From Candidatus Micrarchaeota archaeon (GTDB lineage Archaea > Micrarchaeota > Micrarchaeia > Norongarragalinales > SBBD01), in contig JBDRLB010000026.1 of the NCBI GenBank assembly GCA_043813365.1, forward strand, positions 8,587 through 72,586: 64,000 nucleotides of DNA. Direction: 5' to 3'. The notes below the pieces were generated by a model that worked only from the letters and a program-made list of their open reading frames with translations, had not been told where the DNA came from and made no database searches. Positions 1-10,636 of this stretch are shown piece after piece. Every line of letters starts with the position of its first letter. Position 1 is the first letter of the stretch. The translations under genes were made by a program, and so were the position numbers.

Positions 1-113
1 GGGTTTCAATAGGATATATAGTACGACAAGCACTTCCAACAATATGAGAGCATCAAGGACATTGTCGGTAAAAGCCATCGGAATCCAGAATAGTTGGGAT
101 CCGAACTTAAAAA

Positions 114-3100
114 ATGTTGGCTATTCCGTTTGCGAAATGGGATACCTTTTTATTCCTTCGAGCATACTCTTTACCCGGTGAGCGGATGGCAGACGCGGAT
201 AGGGGCCTTTACGGCAAATTGGAGGACTCATATTACGGCTTTTGCGATTTTCTCCAGCAGAAAGCCGGCATCCCGATATACGACTTCTTCATCACGCCCA
301 TCGAGACAAAGGGGATGCCATCCTTCCCGATTTTCGTCCTCTTGCTGCTTTTGATCTCCTTGGGCGGCTATTTCGCATTCTTGAATTTCGCACCTTCCTC
401 AACTGATTTGAAAGTAACTGTGATGAAGGAGGGCATACCCCTTTCCGGCGTGCCCGTCTTGCTTGAATTGGACGGAGACGAATTCAAAACACTCGAATCA
501 GATGCTTCAGGAACCGTCACTTTCCAGGGCGTCCCTACGGGGAAGGAAGGAAAAATAACCATACGGAAGGAGGGCTTCGTTGCATTCGAAAAAACGTTCA
601 AAATAGGGCGGCAGAATCCGGAAATTACGGCATCTTTGCAGGCGGAATCCGCTGAAAGCAGGAAGGAGCGCGTGACTGTGAAAATAACCGATTCCAACGG
701 CATACCCCTTTCCGGCGCAACCGTCTCATATTTGGATTCCGAAACCGATGCGTACGACCAGAAAATTTCCGACGCAACCGGGCTTGTGACTATTTTTGCC
801 GCCAGCAGGAATTCGCAGCTTGCGATCACAGTTGAAAAAACCAATTACCAGAAGGCGACCTCCTCGGTTGTTGTATCCGGCGAAAAATCCAAAACCATTG
901 CACTACAAAAGAAGGGCATAACGGCCGATCCGACGGACCCGGAAAAGACCCCCAAAGGGGAAGTATTCGTTACGGTTACGGACGAGGAGGGCAATTACGT
1001 TGACGCGACCGTTGAATTGCGCCTGCTTTCAACTGATGAGGCTCTGGAAAAGAGCCGCACCGGAGACTCTGGGAAAGTAAGGTGGGCTGATGTGAATGCA
1101 GTTGGCGCAAAGGTGTATGTGGTTGTGATGCCCCGCGATCCGGCGCTTTTCCTTACATATGATGGAACGGACGATGCCGCAGCGCTTACTTCCAACGATC
1201 CCCTGGAATTCATGGTGCAGCTTGTGAAGAAAGAGCTTGCAAGGGATTACAACATCACAATAATTGTAACGGACAAGGCAGGCGCTGCAATCCAGGGCGC
1301 TGCCATAAGGTGGTACAACCAGGAAACGAATGCGGCGCTTTCCTCGAATCCCGCCCTGACTGATTCCTTAGGGAAGGCCGTGTTCTCCTCCGACAAGACC
1401 GTTTATGTTACCGTTTACAAGGACACTTACCTTCCAAACATGGAGCTTGATCTGCAGGCAGGCGATTCGAAAACAATTGAGCTCGAAAAAATCACCGATG
1501 ACAATAATGCCGCAATAAAAGTGACCGTTGTTGATTCGGACAGCAATTTCGCGGAAGGCGCGAAAGTGAGCCTTTACACGGAGGACGGCTTCTTCATGGG
1601 CATCCCTTCCCAAACAACCCTGGAGGACGGCACCGTAACTTTCGCGAAAGTGCCTCTCGAGCTTCGCGGGGCCGAGGCAAAATATTTCGTAAAAGCTTCA
1701 AAAGGCAGCGTTTCGGGCACCTCCTCCACGTTCTTCCCCGAATTGGGAGTGGAAAAGGAAGTCGCTGTGAAGCTTGCGCAGGCAACCGGGACCGCCATCG
1801 TGAAATTAAAAGACGCCACAACACAAAAAGCACTGCAAAGCGGCCGCATAATGGCATATTTGCGCGAGGACGAAACCCAGAAAATCGCCGAATGCACGCT
1901 CTCTGCTGGCAGCTGCTCCATGCAGCTTCCGGCCAATAAGCCCATATTCTTCAAAATCACTTCAACCGGCTATATAGACCTCGAGAGCGAGGACATTTTC
2001 GTTGATGCGGACGAGCAGAAAACATTCGAGGCAGGGCTAATCCCTGCTGGCTTGCAGAACGAATTGGTGGTGATCTACGGGGGCATTTCCCCAGTTGAAG
2101 GAACGGAGGCATATTCGGCTGATTTCCCTTCCCTTTCCAAGGGCTCCTTCTATAAGGCCAAATTCACGCTCAACCTTCCTGCTGGAAACTCGAAGGGCGG
2201 CATTTTCCTGAAAATTGCCGGCAGCGACGGCGTGAACGCCGACGATGATTTTGTTGCCATCTCCTCCTACCAGAAACCCGAGAATTCCGTCATCACCAAG
2301 GGGTTCACATACAAGCCATCGGTCAATTGCAGGAACGACATCATTTCCCCCGAGGATGCGAGCAACAAATTGGTTAAATGGCTAAATTACGAATATTCCG
2401 GCCAGCAGGGATCCAAAGTTGTGACGGTCACATTCTTCGTGAAGCCCAAGGCAAAAAGCGGCGATTTCGTCGGAATTGATTTCCGCGGCTATGCGTCCGC
2501 AGGGAAAGTGTTCACGCGCACGCCCGAAGATGCGAGCTTTGGCAACGAGGGGATTTCAGATTCAGCTGACAGCTGCTATGCAAAAACCAACCACACCCGC
2601 ATTGCAATTGCGGACGACCGCTTCACCTGCACTGACAAGGCATGCATCTCCCTCACATTTTCAGAGGATGGCGTGCGAAAGGTTTCCCGCGGGTTCGCAG
2701 TCGAGTCCGGCAAGGAGTTCAACTCATATTTCTCAGTCAGGGCGCTAAAGGATTTCTCAAATTCGCCCTACATAAAAATCTGGGACGACAAGGAATTGAA
2801 ATTCTATTCCTACGCGTTCGGGAGTGAAACCGGCACCGCTGACGGAAAAGGCGAGGCGACTTTCACATTCGACAGCCTCGATGCGGGCAAATCCGCTTCG
2901 GGCATGATATCGATGAAAGGGCTGATCCCGACTTCATTCTCCAAAGTTTACCTCGAATTCGGCGACGGCGACGGCCCGATTTACCAATACAAAACATCCG
3001 TGCAAATCACCGGCACCAACGGGATGGACCTTACTGTAATCCCTAGGGAGATACTCGCGAACGAGGACAAGAAGCTTACTTCGACATTGACGAATTCGCT

Positions 3101-6100
3101 TGACGGCTCCGCAATAACCGATGCGGAAGTTTCAATTGAGGAGGATGACTCCTCCACTTTCGACGGCTACTCCCCGGAGACGATAATTGGCGATGGCACT
3201 GAGGAAACAGGGAAGGGCGGGAAGTACACATTCAAGAGAGTCCACCCATACAGCACCGGCGGCTTTATGGTGATTGCGAAAAGGCCCGGGTTCAAGGATG
3301 CGGAAGAGTATGTAAATGTGACGCTCAACGATTTCCTCGAATCCTCCCCAAAATCACTGGTGCTTTCCTGCGACGGGGCGACGCTTGACCTGAGCAACCT
3401 GCTGAATGCGAGAATAACTGTCAGCACTGCCTCCCAATGCCTGCAAGTGCAGGGAGACGGCGTCACTACTGCGGGCGCCTCAAATTACAACTTCGATCTC
3501 ACCGCGAAAAAAGCGAAATCGCTCATCATCAACCCAATCAAGCAGGGGACTGCATGCGACCTTGATTTTTCCGCAAACGCACCCTCCGGAACTGCCGCCC
3601 ACCTGAAAGTTCCTGTAAGGATAAATTGCGCGAACCTTGCAAAATTCTGCACAACCGATGCGCAATGCGGGGACAATTTTTATTGCGATGAATCATCAGC
3701 AGAATGCAAAAAAGTCATTACTCAGGTGAATTTTGAACCCCTTCCCACCAGCGAAATCACAATTACTCTCGATGAGGATCTGGTTGCATCTGCCTCCTAT
3801 TCCCTAGCTGCCCTGACCGCGGATTCGCGGGTTACGGAGTGCACAATCAAAAGCTCCGATTCTGACGAAGCTTCACAGATGCAGAATTACATCAACGTCG
3901 ATTGCTCGAGCAGCGAGAACGTCCTCTCCCTGGATGCGGATTACAACGGCCATGCATATTACCAGCCGCCCGCACTTGATAATTACCAAAGCGGCCTTAT
4001 CACAACCTCCAATAAGGAAAGTGAAATCAGCTTCTCTTCCGAAAAACCCGTTTCAAGAATTTCGTTCGCCTCAACCGCATCAGATTATTGCGGCAAGGCG
4101 AATGTTGCTGAAGTGCAGAGCTGCACAAACGGCGGATTTGCGGTTGTAAGCAGCGCACTTGGTGGCGGCATCACTTATTACAATTCCGACGGCACCGCAA
4201 GGGCATCGTGCCCGGTTGTATCGCCGGAATCGGAAAGCTCCGTTTGCAGGGAATTATCCTCCCTAAGCTGCGCCGCCATCGCCTGCAATAATGCAGATGC
4301 CGGCACGGTTTCTTCATCCGAAATTGTGCAAACCGGCAGGCTTTATGTAAAATTCTCAAACAAGCCGCAGCTCTCCATCCGCATCATCGTCAAAGGCCCC
4401 AAATCGCCCTATGCTGGAGAGGAAGGCACGCAAATCGTATACATCACGAAATTGGGCTTCGAACCCGCTGAAGTGCACATCCCTGAGAACGGAAAGGTCA
4501 TCTGGATAAATATGGATGACCGCGGAAGGAAGGTAGAATCGCAAGCTGGCTCCGGCAATTTCGTCACCTCGAGCAGGCTTTTCAGCTCGCCCCTGATACC
4601 CGCGAAAGGGAAATATGAATATAAGTTCACCAAAACCGGGGTCTACAATACCCGCGACACCACCCGCACTGCAATAAAGGGAGTGGTTTACGTCGGCGAC
4701 CTCGACATGACCTGCCGCTATAAGAACGCAAACTATTTTGCCCAGAAATTCATCGGCCACCTTGCAAGAAGCCTCACGAGCTTCTTCGATCCCTCCGGAG
4801 GGAAGAGCCAGCAGATAGCATACAGCAGCGTTTACAAGTTCTTTGTAACCCCGAACGGCATCACAGCTGACATCGCTCCAGGCCTTGCGAACAGGAACGC
4901 ATACCCCGGTGTGAACGGCTTGGCGCAGCCATGGTCGCCAACACAGGCAAGCAGGGATTATTATTCGCAAATGTCCGGTGCATTCCCGACCTCGACAATT
5001 TCCGAGGCGCAGGATCAGGGAATCTGCGAAAAGAGCGGCACCGGTTTCAAGTGCAAGGTGTATGTAACACCGCTTCTCCCCTCCAACGGAATGGCGTTTA
5101 CAATAGTGAATGATTATGCGATCTATTCCGCAGCCCCTGAAAAACTCCTGATCAAGGGAACAAGAGGCAGTGACGACATCAAGTACCTTTACGGAGTATA
5201 TGTGGATGAGGCCGGAGTGGACGGATTCATCCGAGGCAAGCTTTCCGACCTGAAAAGCCTTTTCATTGAATCGCCAAGGTACGCAACTTTCCTGCTGCTC
5301 AACAAGCCCAGCATGATGGAATACTACTGGGACGGAAGCCAGATAGGCATCAAATTCCAAGGGAAGCCCGCCGGGGAATCGCTGACACAAAAGCTGGATG
5401 TTGTGTTCCCCTCCAGGCAGCAGGCTTTCTCCATCGAAATAGAGTTTGAAATAAAGAACGATATCGGAAAGTACGCGCTTCTTACGGTGCCAGCTGGCAA
5501 CAAGGTATACTCGAGGACGGGCAGCGATTCGGCACCTGAGCCTTTCTACTTTATCAACAACATTCCAGCAAGCGATTTGAACCTTTCAATTCCGGCAACT
5601 TCTTCGATGGTGAGCGGGAGCATCTCCTCCAGCAGGCTTTATTACACGCAACAGGTGCTTTCTGCAACTTCCCCCAATTCGTTGGGCCTGAGCCTCATCC
5701 GCAAGAAGGTCGTTCCATCGAAGATTGCCATTGCGCTTCCTTCGGCAGTTGCAACCGATTCGAAGCTCAATTATGACCTTATAGGCAACATTGGCGCCGA
5801 CCCTGAAACAAACGGAGTATTTACATGCTCCGCTAACAATTTCTGCACAGTCGGGCAGTATGGCACAACTGAAACTGCAATACAGGCGGAACTCGATGAG
5901 ATGCAAAAGGACATCGTCGTTCAGCGCCTCGATTTCGCGGGCTTTGGCGACTACGCTGCAAGGAGGTTTGCGGAAGCATTTGCGCTGACCATTCGCGATT
6001 ATTTCGCGGATAAAATCCAATATGAATTATGCAAGGGCGTTGATGCCTTGCGGGAAGGAGTATGCAGCCAAACAGCAGCGCCTGACCCGACGGATTACAA

Positions 6101-7700
6101 TTGCTATGGCGGAGGCGCGTACTGCGACAATTCCGTTTCATGGGGAGAACTGGGAAGCATCACAAAGGAGGAATTCGGCCAGGCGGCTTGCGATTCCGAA
6201 CTGCTGAACAATTTCAATTCCCTTGTTGGCAGCCAGAACTGGGATGCGCTGAAGGCAGTGATCATGAACAAGCTCATGTCCAACTCCAACTTCATGCCGC
6301 GCATCCAGTACACAAAGCCGATTGTGGGAACGGACAAATTGCAAATTTCAGTGCTGTTCAAGCGCGCTGCGGATTCCGGCAAAACATCGGGATACGCATG
6401 GAAGAGCTTCAAGGTATTCCAGCAGAACGCTGACACCGGGCTTGGCGAGGAAGGCTACATACCATTTACGGACATCCTCGGAGAGGACGATATCGAAACA
6501 AAAGCGCCGACAGAAACCCTGGCTGTGCCTGCAACAGGGCCGGTTTCCTCGGGCACACTCCTAGGTGTCGGCTTCGAACCCGTTTCCCAGATGGATAAGG
6601 ACAAGAAGGAACCGAGGTATTTCTACATTGATAATTCCTCAACGAATCCGGTCCTCAGGCTCGACCAGCCCGGCACACCCAACCTCCTCACAATGAACAA
6701 GTACCCGCTCGACCTCACAAACGATAAGCTGACGCTTTTCAAGAGCGCATTCGATGCAGATTTGAGTAAATATGTCCTTGAAAGCAAAACTGACGCGCGG
6801 AAAATAACTGTTACGAGCTGCGTCATGACCTTCAAGGATGCTTCAGAGGGAGAATCCCTCGAACTCGTCAAGGACTCCAAACCAGATTCCTGCTTTGGAA
6901 AATTCAATATTGCCGAATACAATGTCCTGATCGGGATAGAGAAATTGGAACAACCTTTCAGCATCATATCGCTCAAGGGCAGTTCTTTGGAAGTGATGGT
7001 TGCCGGAATTTCCAAACCCAATGTGAATGGGGATGAGAAGCTGGCTGAAAATGCAAAGGCGCAATCAAATTATATTGGCGAAGCAAAGGCCGCAGTTGCT
7101 GCTGCACTAAAATACCTCTTCAATGAGCAGGACATGACCTCGCTGAAGGATTACGAACTCATCTTCCGGGGCAATTACCTGATCATTACCCATAATCCCG
7201 AGAAACAAACACCTGTCCAACCATTGGAACCTCCCGGAGAGCTTGATAAACTCCAGCTGACGCCGCCGCCCCAAATTACTCCGCCAGCTGCAGATCCTGA
7301 AACCGTCAAAAAAATCGTCCCCTGGATTTCCGTGAACAAGGGCGAATGCAAATTCCCCGACCCAAGACTTACCGCCGAATCTGGCGGGAGGCGATTCATT
7401 GTTGAAAAAGGATCCAAGTTGTGCGTATTCATAGTAATTGATACCGAAATGCTCGGTGCTGTAGGCGGCAATGTGCAACTTTATGGTGGCGACACGGAAG
7501 ACGCCCTGGAACTTGGCGAGGCAAAGCCCGTAAAAACGTTTTACGGCAAGCAGGTCATCGAAATCCCCTTCACGCTCGATGAAAAAATGACACTGTTTCC
7601 AGTATATGCAAAATTCAATGTGGTAATTCCCAATGGCGCGCCTACTTCGTACGGAAGGTACTGGTTTAATTCCGATAAGGTGCAAATTAAAGTAAAGTGA
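114..7700 (+). CDS. Giant (2528 aa) N-terminally membrane-anchored extracellular protein. Tandem carboxypeptidase-regulatory-like/Ig-like beta-sandwich repeats in the first ~500 aa, then Cys-rich modules and a ligand-less cupredoxin-like segment.
   Basis: Single uninterrupted 7.6-kb ORF. One hydrophobic signal-anchor segment (PIFVLLLLLISLGGYFAFLNF) about 70 aa from the N-terminus. Repeated ~80-aa units (e.g. KVTVMKEGIPLSGVPV...SGTVTF and VTVKITDSNGIPLSGATVSY...TGLVTI). Cys-rich stretch CANLAKFCTTDAQCGDNFYCDESSAECKK. Alternative start ATG at 186 is preceded by GGTGA. Internal antisense ORFs are short. Confidence 0.7.
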   Translation: MLAIPFAKWDTFLFLRAYSLPGERMADADRGLYGKLEDSYYGFCDFLQQKAGIPIYDFFITPIETKGMPSFPIFVLLLLLISLGGYFAFLNFAPSSTDLKVTVMKEGIPLSGVPVLLELDGDEFKTLESDASGTVTFQGVPTGKEGKITIRKEGFVAFEKTFKIGRQNPEITASLQAESAESRKERVTVKITDSNGIPLSGATVSYLDSETDAYDQKISDATGLVTIFAASRNSQLAITVEKTNYQKATSSVVVSGEKSKTIALQKKGITADPTDPEKTPKGEVFVTVTDEEGNYVDATVELRLLSTDEALEKSRTGDSGKVRWADVNAVGAKVYVVVMPRDPALFLTYDGTDDAAALTSNDPLEFMVQLVKKELARDYNITIIVTDKAGAAIQGAAIRWYNQETNAALSSNPALTDSLGKAVFSSDKTVYVTVYKDTYLPNMELDLQAGDSKTIELEKITDDNNAAIKVTVVDSDSNFAEGAKVSLYTEDGFFMGIPSQTTLEDGTVTFAKVPLELRGAEAKYFVKASKGSVSGTSSTFFPELGVEKEVAVKLAQATGTAIVKLKDATTQKALQSGRIMAYLREDETQKIAECTLSAGSCSMQLPANKPIFFKITSTGYIDLESEDIFVDADEQKTFEAGLIPAGLQNELVVIYGGISPVEGTEAYSADFPSLSKGSFYKAKFTLNLPAGNSKGGIFLKIAGSDGVNADDDFVAISSYQKPENSVITKGFTYKPSVNCRNDIISPEDASNKLVKWLNYEYSGQQGSKVVTVTFFVKPKAKSGDFVGIDFRGYASAGKVFTRTPEDASFGNEGISDSADSCYAKTNHTRIAIADDRFTCTDKACISLTFSEDGVRKVSRGFAVESGKEFNSYFSVRALKDFSNSPYIKIWDDKELKFYSYAFGSETGTADGKGEATFTFDSLDAGKSASGMISMKGLIPTSFSKVYLEFGDGDGPIYQYKTSVQITGTNGMDLTVIPREILANEDKKLTSTLTNSLDGSAITDAEVSIEEDDSSTFDGYSPETIIGDGTEETGKGGKYTFKRVHPYSTGGFMVIAKRPGFKDAEEYVNVTLNDFLESSPKSLVLSCDGATLDLSNLLNARITVSTASQCLQVQGDGVTTAGASNYNFDLTAKKAKSLIINPIKQGTACDLDFSANAPSGTAAHLKVPVRINCANLAKFCTTDAQCGDNFYCDESSAECKKVITQVNFEPLPTSEITITLDEDLVASASYSLAALTADSRVTECTIKSSDSDEASQMQNYINVDCSSSENVLSLDADYNGHAYYQPPALDNYQSGLITTSNKESEISFSSEKPVSRISFASTASDYCGKANVAEVQSCTNGGFAVVSSALGGGITYYNSDGTARASCPVVSPESESSVCRELSSLSCAAIACNNADAGTVSSSEIVQTGRLYVKFSNKPQLSIRIIVKGPKSPYAGEEGTQIVYITKLGFEPAEVHIPENGKVIWINMDDRGRKVESQAGSGNFVTSSRLFSSPLIPAKGKYEYKFTKTGVYNTRDTTRTAIKGVVYVGDLDMTCRYKNANYFAQKFIGHLARSLTSFFDPSGGKSQQIAYSSVYKFFVTPNGITADIAPGLANRNAYPGVNGLAQPWSPTQASRDYYSQMSGAFPTSTISEAQDQGICEKSGTGFKCKVYVTPLLPSNGMAFTIVNDYAIYSAAPEKLLIKGTRGSDDIKYLYGVYVDEAGVDGFIRGKLSDLKSLFIESPRYATFLLLNKPSMMEYYWDGSQIGIKFQGKPAGESLTQKLDVVFPSRQQAFSIEIEFEIKNDIGKYALLTVPAGNKVYSRTGSDSAPEPFYFINNIPASDLNLSIPATSSMVSGSISSSRLYYTQQVLSATSPNSLGLSLIRKKVVPSKIAIALPSAVATDSKLNYDLIGNIGADPETNGVFTCSANNFCTVGQYGTTETAIQAELDEMQKDIVVQRLDFAGFGDYAARRFAEAFALTIRDYFADKIQYELCKGVDALREGVCSQTAAPDPTDYNCYGGGAYCDNSVSWGELGSITKEEFGQAACDSELLNNFNSLVGSQNWDALKAVIMNKLMSNSNFMPRIQYTKPIVGTDKLQISVLFKRAADSGKTSGYAWKSFKVFQQNADTGLGEEGYIPFTDILGEDDIETKAPTETLAVPATGPVSSGTLLGVGFEPVSQMDKDKKEPRYFYIDNSSTNPVLRLDQPGTPNLLTMNKYPLDLTNDKLTLFKSAFDADLSKYVLESKTDARKITVTSCVMTFKDASEGESLELVKDSKPDSCFGKFNIAEYNVLIGIEKLEQPFSIISLKGSSLEVMVAGISKPNVNGDEKLAENAKAQSNYIGEAKAAVAAALKYLFNEQDMTSLKDYELIFRGNYLIITHNPEKQTPVQPLEPPGELDKLQLTPPPQITPPAADPETVKKIVPWISVNKGECKFPDPRLTAESGGRRFIVEKGSKLCVFIVIDTEMLGAVGGNVQLYGGDTEDALELGEAKPVKTFYGKQVIEIPFTLDEKMTLFPVYAKFNVVIPNGAPTSYGRYWFNSDKVQIKVK

Positions 7701-7709
7701 TGAGCAATT

Positions 7710-8936
7710 ATGCCTGAAGCCAAAAGACTGTTGATTTTGTGCGTGGATGTGGATGACGACCTCCACGAGAAGGCCGGGATGAAGGGCCCGATCATCGGCA
7801 GGAAGCGCAACATTGAGGCCGCAACAAACTTTTCCATTGCCGACCCCGGGGACACTGACGGCAACACCATCTTCCAGGCGGTCAAAACATATGACGAGCT
7901 GAAAAAGCAAAACTATACGGTCGAGGTTGCGACGATCACCGGCAGCGTCCGGCTCGGCTATTATGCGGATCGGGAAATCGTGAAGCAGCTAGAGCGGGTG
8001 ATTGATGATTTCCGGCCCGAAGCTTGCATTTTCGTTTCGGATGGCGCAAGCGATGAGCAGATCCTCCCATTGATCCAATCGAGGGTGAAGGTGAATTCCG
8101 TAAAGCTGCTTGTTGTGAAGCAATCAAAGGAGCTGGAAAAGACCTATTTCGTGCTTTTGGAGAAGCTAAAGGAGCCCCAGTTCGCGCGGATTGTTTTCGG
8201 GGTTCCGGGAGTTCTGCTCCTGCTGGCATTCCTATTCCAGGAGGCGGGGGTCCGCATTTTCATAGGCCTTTTCGGCGCCTACCTGATATTGAAGGGATTC
8301 GGTGTCGAGGATGCGATAGTGCAGCGCTTCTCGAGGGCGGAATTCTCAACCGAGCGGGTTAGCTTCATCTTCCTGTTTGCTTCGGTTGCGTTCATGGTCA
8401 TTTCCGTTTACCTCGCAATAGACAAAGTATCCCAGAAGCAGGCGGAAGGGATAGAGAATGTGGCGAAGCTAGCTGCAGAGGGGCTGAAGAGCTTCCTGCT
8501 GCTATTCCCAATAGCGCTGATTTTGCTTGTCGGGGGCAACTTCCTCGAAACATGGAACGAGCGCAAATCCTACCTGCTACCCAATTTCGGGATTTCCTTT
8601 TCCGCAGTAATCCTATTCTGGCTCATCGCGAACAACGCGGCAGAATGGGTCATCGGCAACCTGAGCTTCGCGGATTTCTTCTATTCCCTCATCCTTACCA
8701 TCGTCGTGATGTACTTTGTAATTTACCTTGCAAAGCAGTTCAAGAAGAACATCATCTCCCGGATGAAACTTGAAGGAAAAGAGGTTTATACGGAAATCGG
8801 CGGCTTCCTGGGCAAGATAACCAGCATCGACAAGGAGAAGGATTCGCTGATTGTGCAGACCCAGCGGGGCCAGAAGCTCGACCTTTCGTTTGCGAGCATC
8901 TCCAACATCGGCGAGAAGCTGATAATAAAATACTGA
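7710..8936 (+). CDS. DUF373-like archaeal integral membrane protein (N-terminal cytoplasmic domain plus ~7 TM segments).
   Basis: N-terminus LILCVDVDDDLHEKAG resembles the conserved LCVDRDDDLG start of DUF373 proteins. Multiple hydrophobic helices follow. Starts 10 nt after the giant gene. Confidence 0.45.
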   Translation: MPEAKRLLILCVDVDDDLHEKAGMKGPIIGRKRNIEAATNFSIADPGDTDGNTIFQAVKTYDELKKQNYTVEVATITGSVRLGYYADREIVKQLERVIDDFRPEACIFVSDGASDEQILPLIQSRVKVNSVKLLVVKQSKELEKTYFVLLEKLKEPQFARIVFGVPGVLLLLAFLFQEAGVRIFIGLFGAYLILKGFGVEDAIVQRFSRAEFSTERVSFIFLFASVAFMVISVYLAIDKVSQKQAEGIENVAKLAAEGLKSFLLLFPIALILLVGGNFLETWNERKSYLLPNFGISFSAVILFWLIANNAAEWVIGNLSFADFFYSLILTIVVMYFVIYLAKQFKKNIISRMKLEGKEVYTEIGGFLGKITSIDKEKDSLIVQTQRGQKLDLSFASISNIGEKLIIKY

Positions 8937-9010
8937 ACCGCCCAACATTCATTTTTTCCGAGCTGATAATGGTTTATATATTCTACTGTCCAAACAATTT
9001 ATCTGATTCT

Positions 9011-9295
9011 ATGGAAAGGGTTTCAGTGGTCCAAATGAAAAAAGTTGATGCAGCGGAGGTAGAGAAGATTTCAGGCATGCTTGACCTGCTAATCACCGAC
9101 ACCTCCATCCCGAGGAACGTGCGCACGAACCTTCAATCCGCGCAGACGAAGCTGAAGGAGAACAAGGATGCGGATTTGGCGATCGGCTCCGTGATTTACA
9201 CGCTAGACGAGGTAAGCAGCGACATCAACCTGCCGATGCACGCGCGGACGATGATCTGGAACCTGATGAGCGAGCTTGAATCAATGAAAGGCTAA
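9011..9295 (+). CDS. Small UPF0147-like archaeal protein (~94 aa).
   Basis: Size and paired motifs IPRNVRTNL / LPMHARTMIWNL match my memory of the UPF0147 family. The ORF track starts at 8969; internal Met at 9011 used here. Confidence 0.4.
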   Translation: MERVSVVQMKKVDAAEVEKISGMLDLLITDTSIPRNVRTNLQSAQTKLKENKDADLAIGSVIYTLDEVSSDINLPMHARTMIWNLMSELESMKG

Positions 9296-9388
9296 AGGAG
9301 GTTTCAATATCTTTTTATTCTAACCAACCCTAGTCTATTCCATGAACATCTGGCCAGCCTATATCACTTATTCAACCGGTGAACCCTC

Positions 9389-10555
9389 ATGAACATTTGC
9401 ATGCTCAATCCGTTTTTCCATCCCTACCAGGGAGGAACCGAGAAGCATGTCCTGGAGGTTTCCCGCCGCCTTGCAAAGAAGCACGATGTCACCATTCTCA
9501 CTGCAAAAGTCCCAAACACTTTGGAATACGAGAAATTCGAGGGGATGAAGATTAAGCGCGTGAAATGCGCAATTTTCTATGACACCCCGCATCCAGTCCC
9601 GCCGCCAGTGCCGGTTTCGCCGCTCTTCCTTTCAAAGCTGATTGCAGAAATACCCAAGCACGACATTTTCCACATGCATAACAGGTTCTTCTATACGCTA
9701 TTTGATGTTGCGCTCATCAAGAGGTACGGGAAGAAGACCATCGGGCTTACATTGCACAATGCTCGGCTTAAGGGGATTGATTGGACTACGGATACATTCG
9801 GCAACCTATACGACGATTTTATGGGCAAGCAGATAATGAATGCATGCGATGCGCTTGCAGGGGTAAGCAATGACACGCTTACGCAAACCGCACCGGCGCA
9901 TATGCACCCCAAATCCCGCGTGATTTACAACGGGGTGGACATAGAACTCTTCAACCCCACAAACACGGAAGGGACCATCCGGAAAAAATACAATCTGGGG
10001 GAAGATAGGCTGATACTTTCCGTTGCGAGGCTGCAGCCGCAGAAGGGGTTCATCTATTTGCTGCAGGCATTCGCGGAAATAGTGAAGGAGCAGAAGGACG
10101 TGACTCTTGTGATACTCGGGAAGGGGCCGCTCGAGAATTACTCGAAACAATATGCAGCTGACTTGGGTTTGGGGAAGAGCGTCATTTTCATAACGGAGAA
10201 AATCACCGAAGCTGATTTGACTGAGCTATATGCCGCTTGCGAATTCTTCGTCCTCGCATCCGTCTGGGAGCCATTCGGCATGGTTTTCTGTGAGGCAATG
10301 GCAACCGGGAAGCCCGCAATAGGCACCAATGTAGGCGGCATACCCGAAATAATCAGGGAGGAGAGCGGCTTCACCTTCGAGAGCCGGAACGTCCACGAAC
10401 TGAAGGAGAAGATGCAAACCCTGCTGAATGACGAATCCCTCCGGAAGCGCATGGGCGAGAATGCCCGGAAGCGCTGTGTCAGCAATTTCACCTGGGACCT
10501 TTCCGCACAAGGCTATGAGGAGCTCTACAAGGAAGTGTTCGAAGCAAAAAAATAA
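9389..10555 (+). CDS. Glycosyltransferase family 4 (GT-B, retaining).
   Basis: C-terminal EX7E-type motif (FVLASVWEPFGMVFCEAMATGKPAIGTNVGGIPEII). Typical GT4 length. GGTGA precedes the ATG. Confidence 0.8.
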   Translation: MNICMLNPFFHPYQGGTEKHVLEVSRRLAKKHDVTILTAKVPNTLEYEKFEGMKIKRVKCAIFYDTPHPVPPPVPVSPLFLSKLIAEIPKHDIFHMHNRFFYTLFDVALIKRYGKKTIGLTLHNARLKGIDWTTDTFGNLYDDFMGKQIMNACDALAGVSNDTLTQTAPAHMHPKSRVIYNGVDIELFNPTNTEGTIRKKYNLGEDRLILSVARLQPQKGFIYLLQAFAEIVKEQKDVTLVILGKGPLENYSKQYAADLGLGKSVIFITEKITEADLTELYAACEFFVLASVWEPFGMVFCEAMATGKPAIGTNVGGIPEIIREESGFTFESRNVHELKEKMQTLLNDESLRKRMGENARKRCVSNFTWDLSAQGYEELYKEVFEAKK

Positions 10556-10636
10556 CCCGAATTATGGCTGATTACGGAAAAAGACGGATCCGCACTAATT
10601 GTTATTAAAAAAAAATAAAAAAGGAGCCTAAAACGC

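Noticed and set aside
4454-4466. tRNA T-arm-like GGGCTTCGAACCC (also at ~6570-6581).
   Set aside because: Both copies lie inside the giant CDS encoding G-F-E-P. No acceptor or anticodon arm can be built around them. No tRNA gene was found anywhere in the window.
4356-5390. 344-aa minus-strand ORF inside the 2528-aa gene.
   Set aside because: It is antisense to a well-supported long CDS, Cys/Arg/Gly-rich and low complexity, with no start context. It is an antisense artefact.
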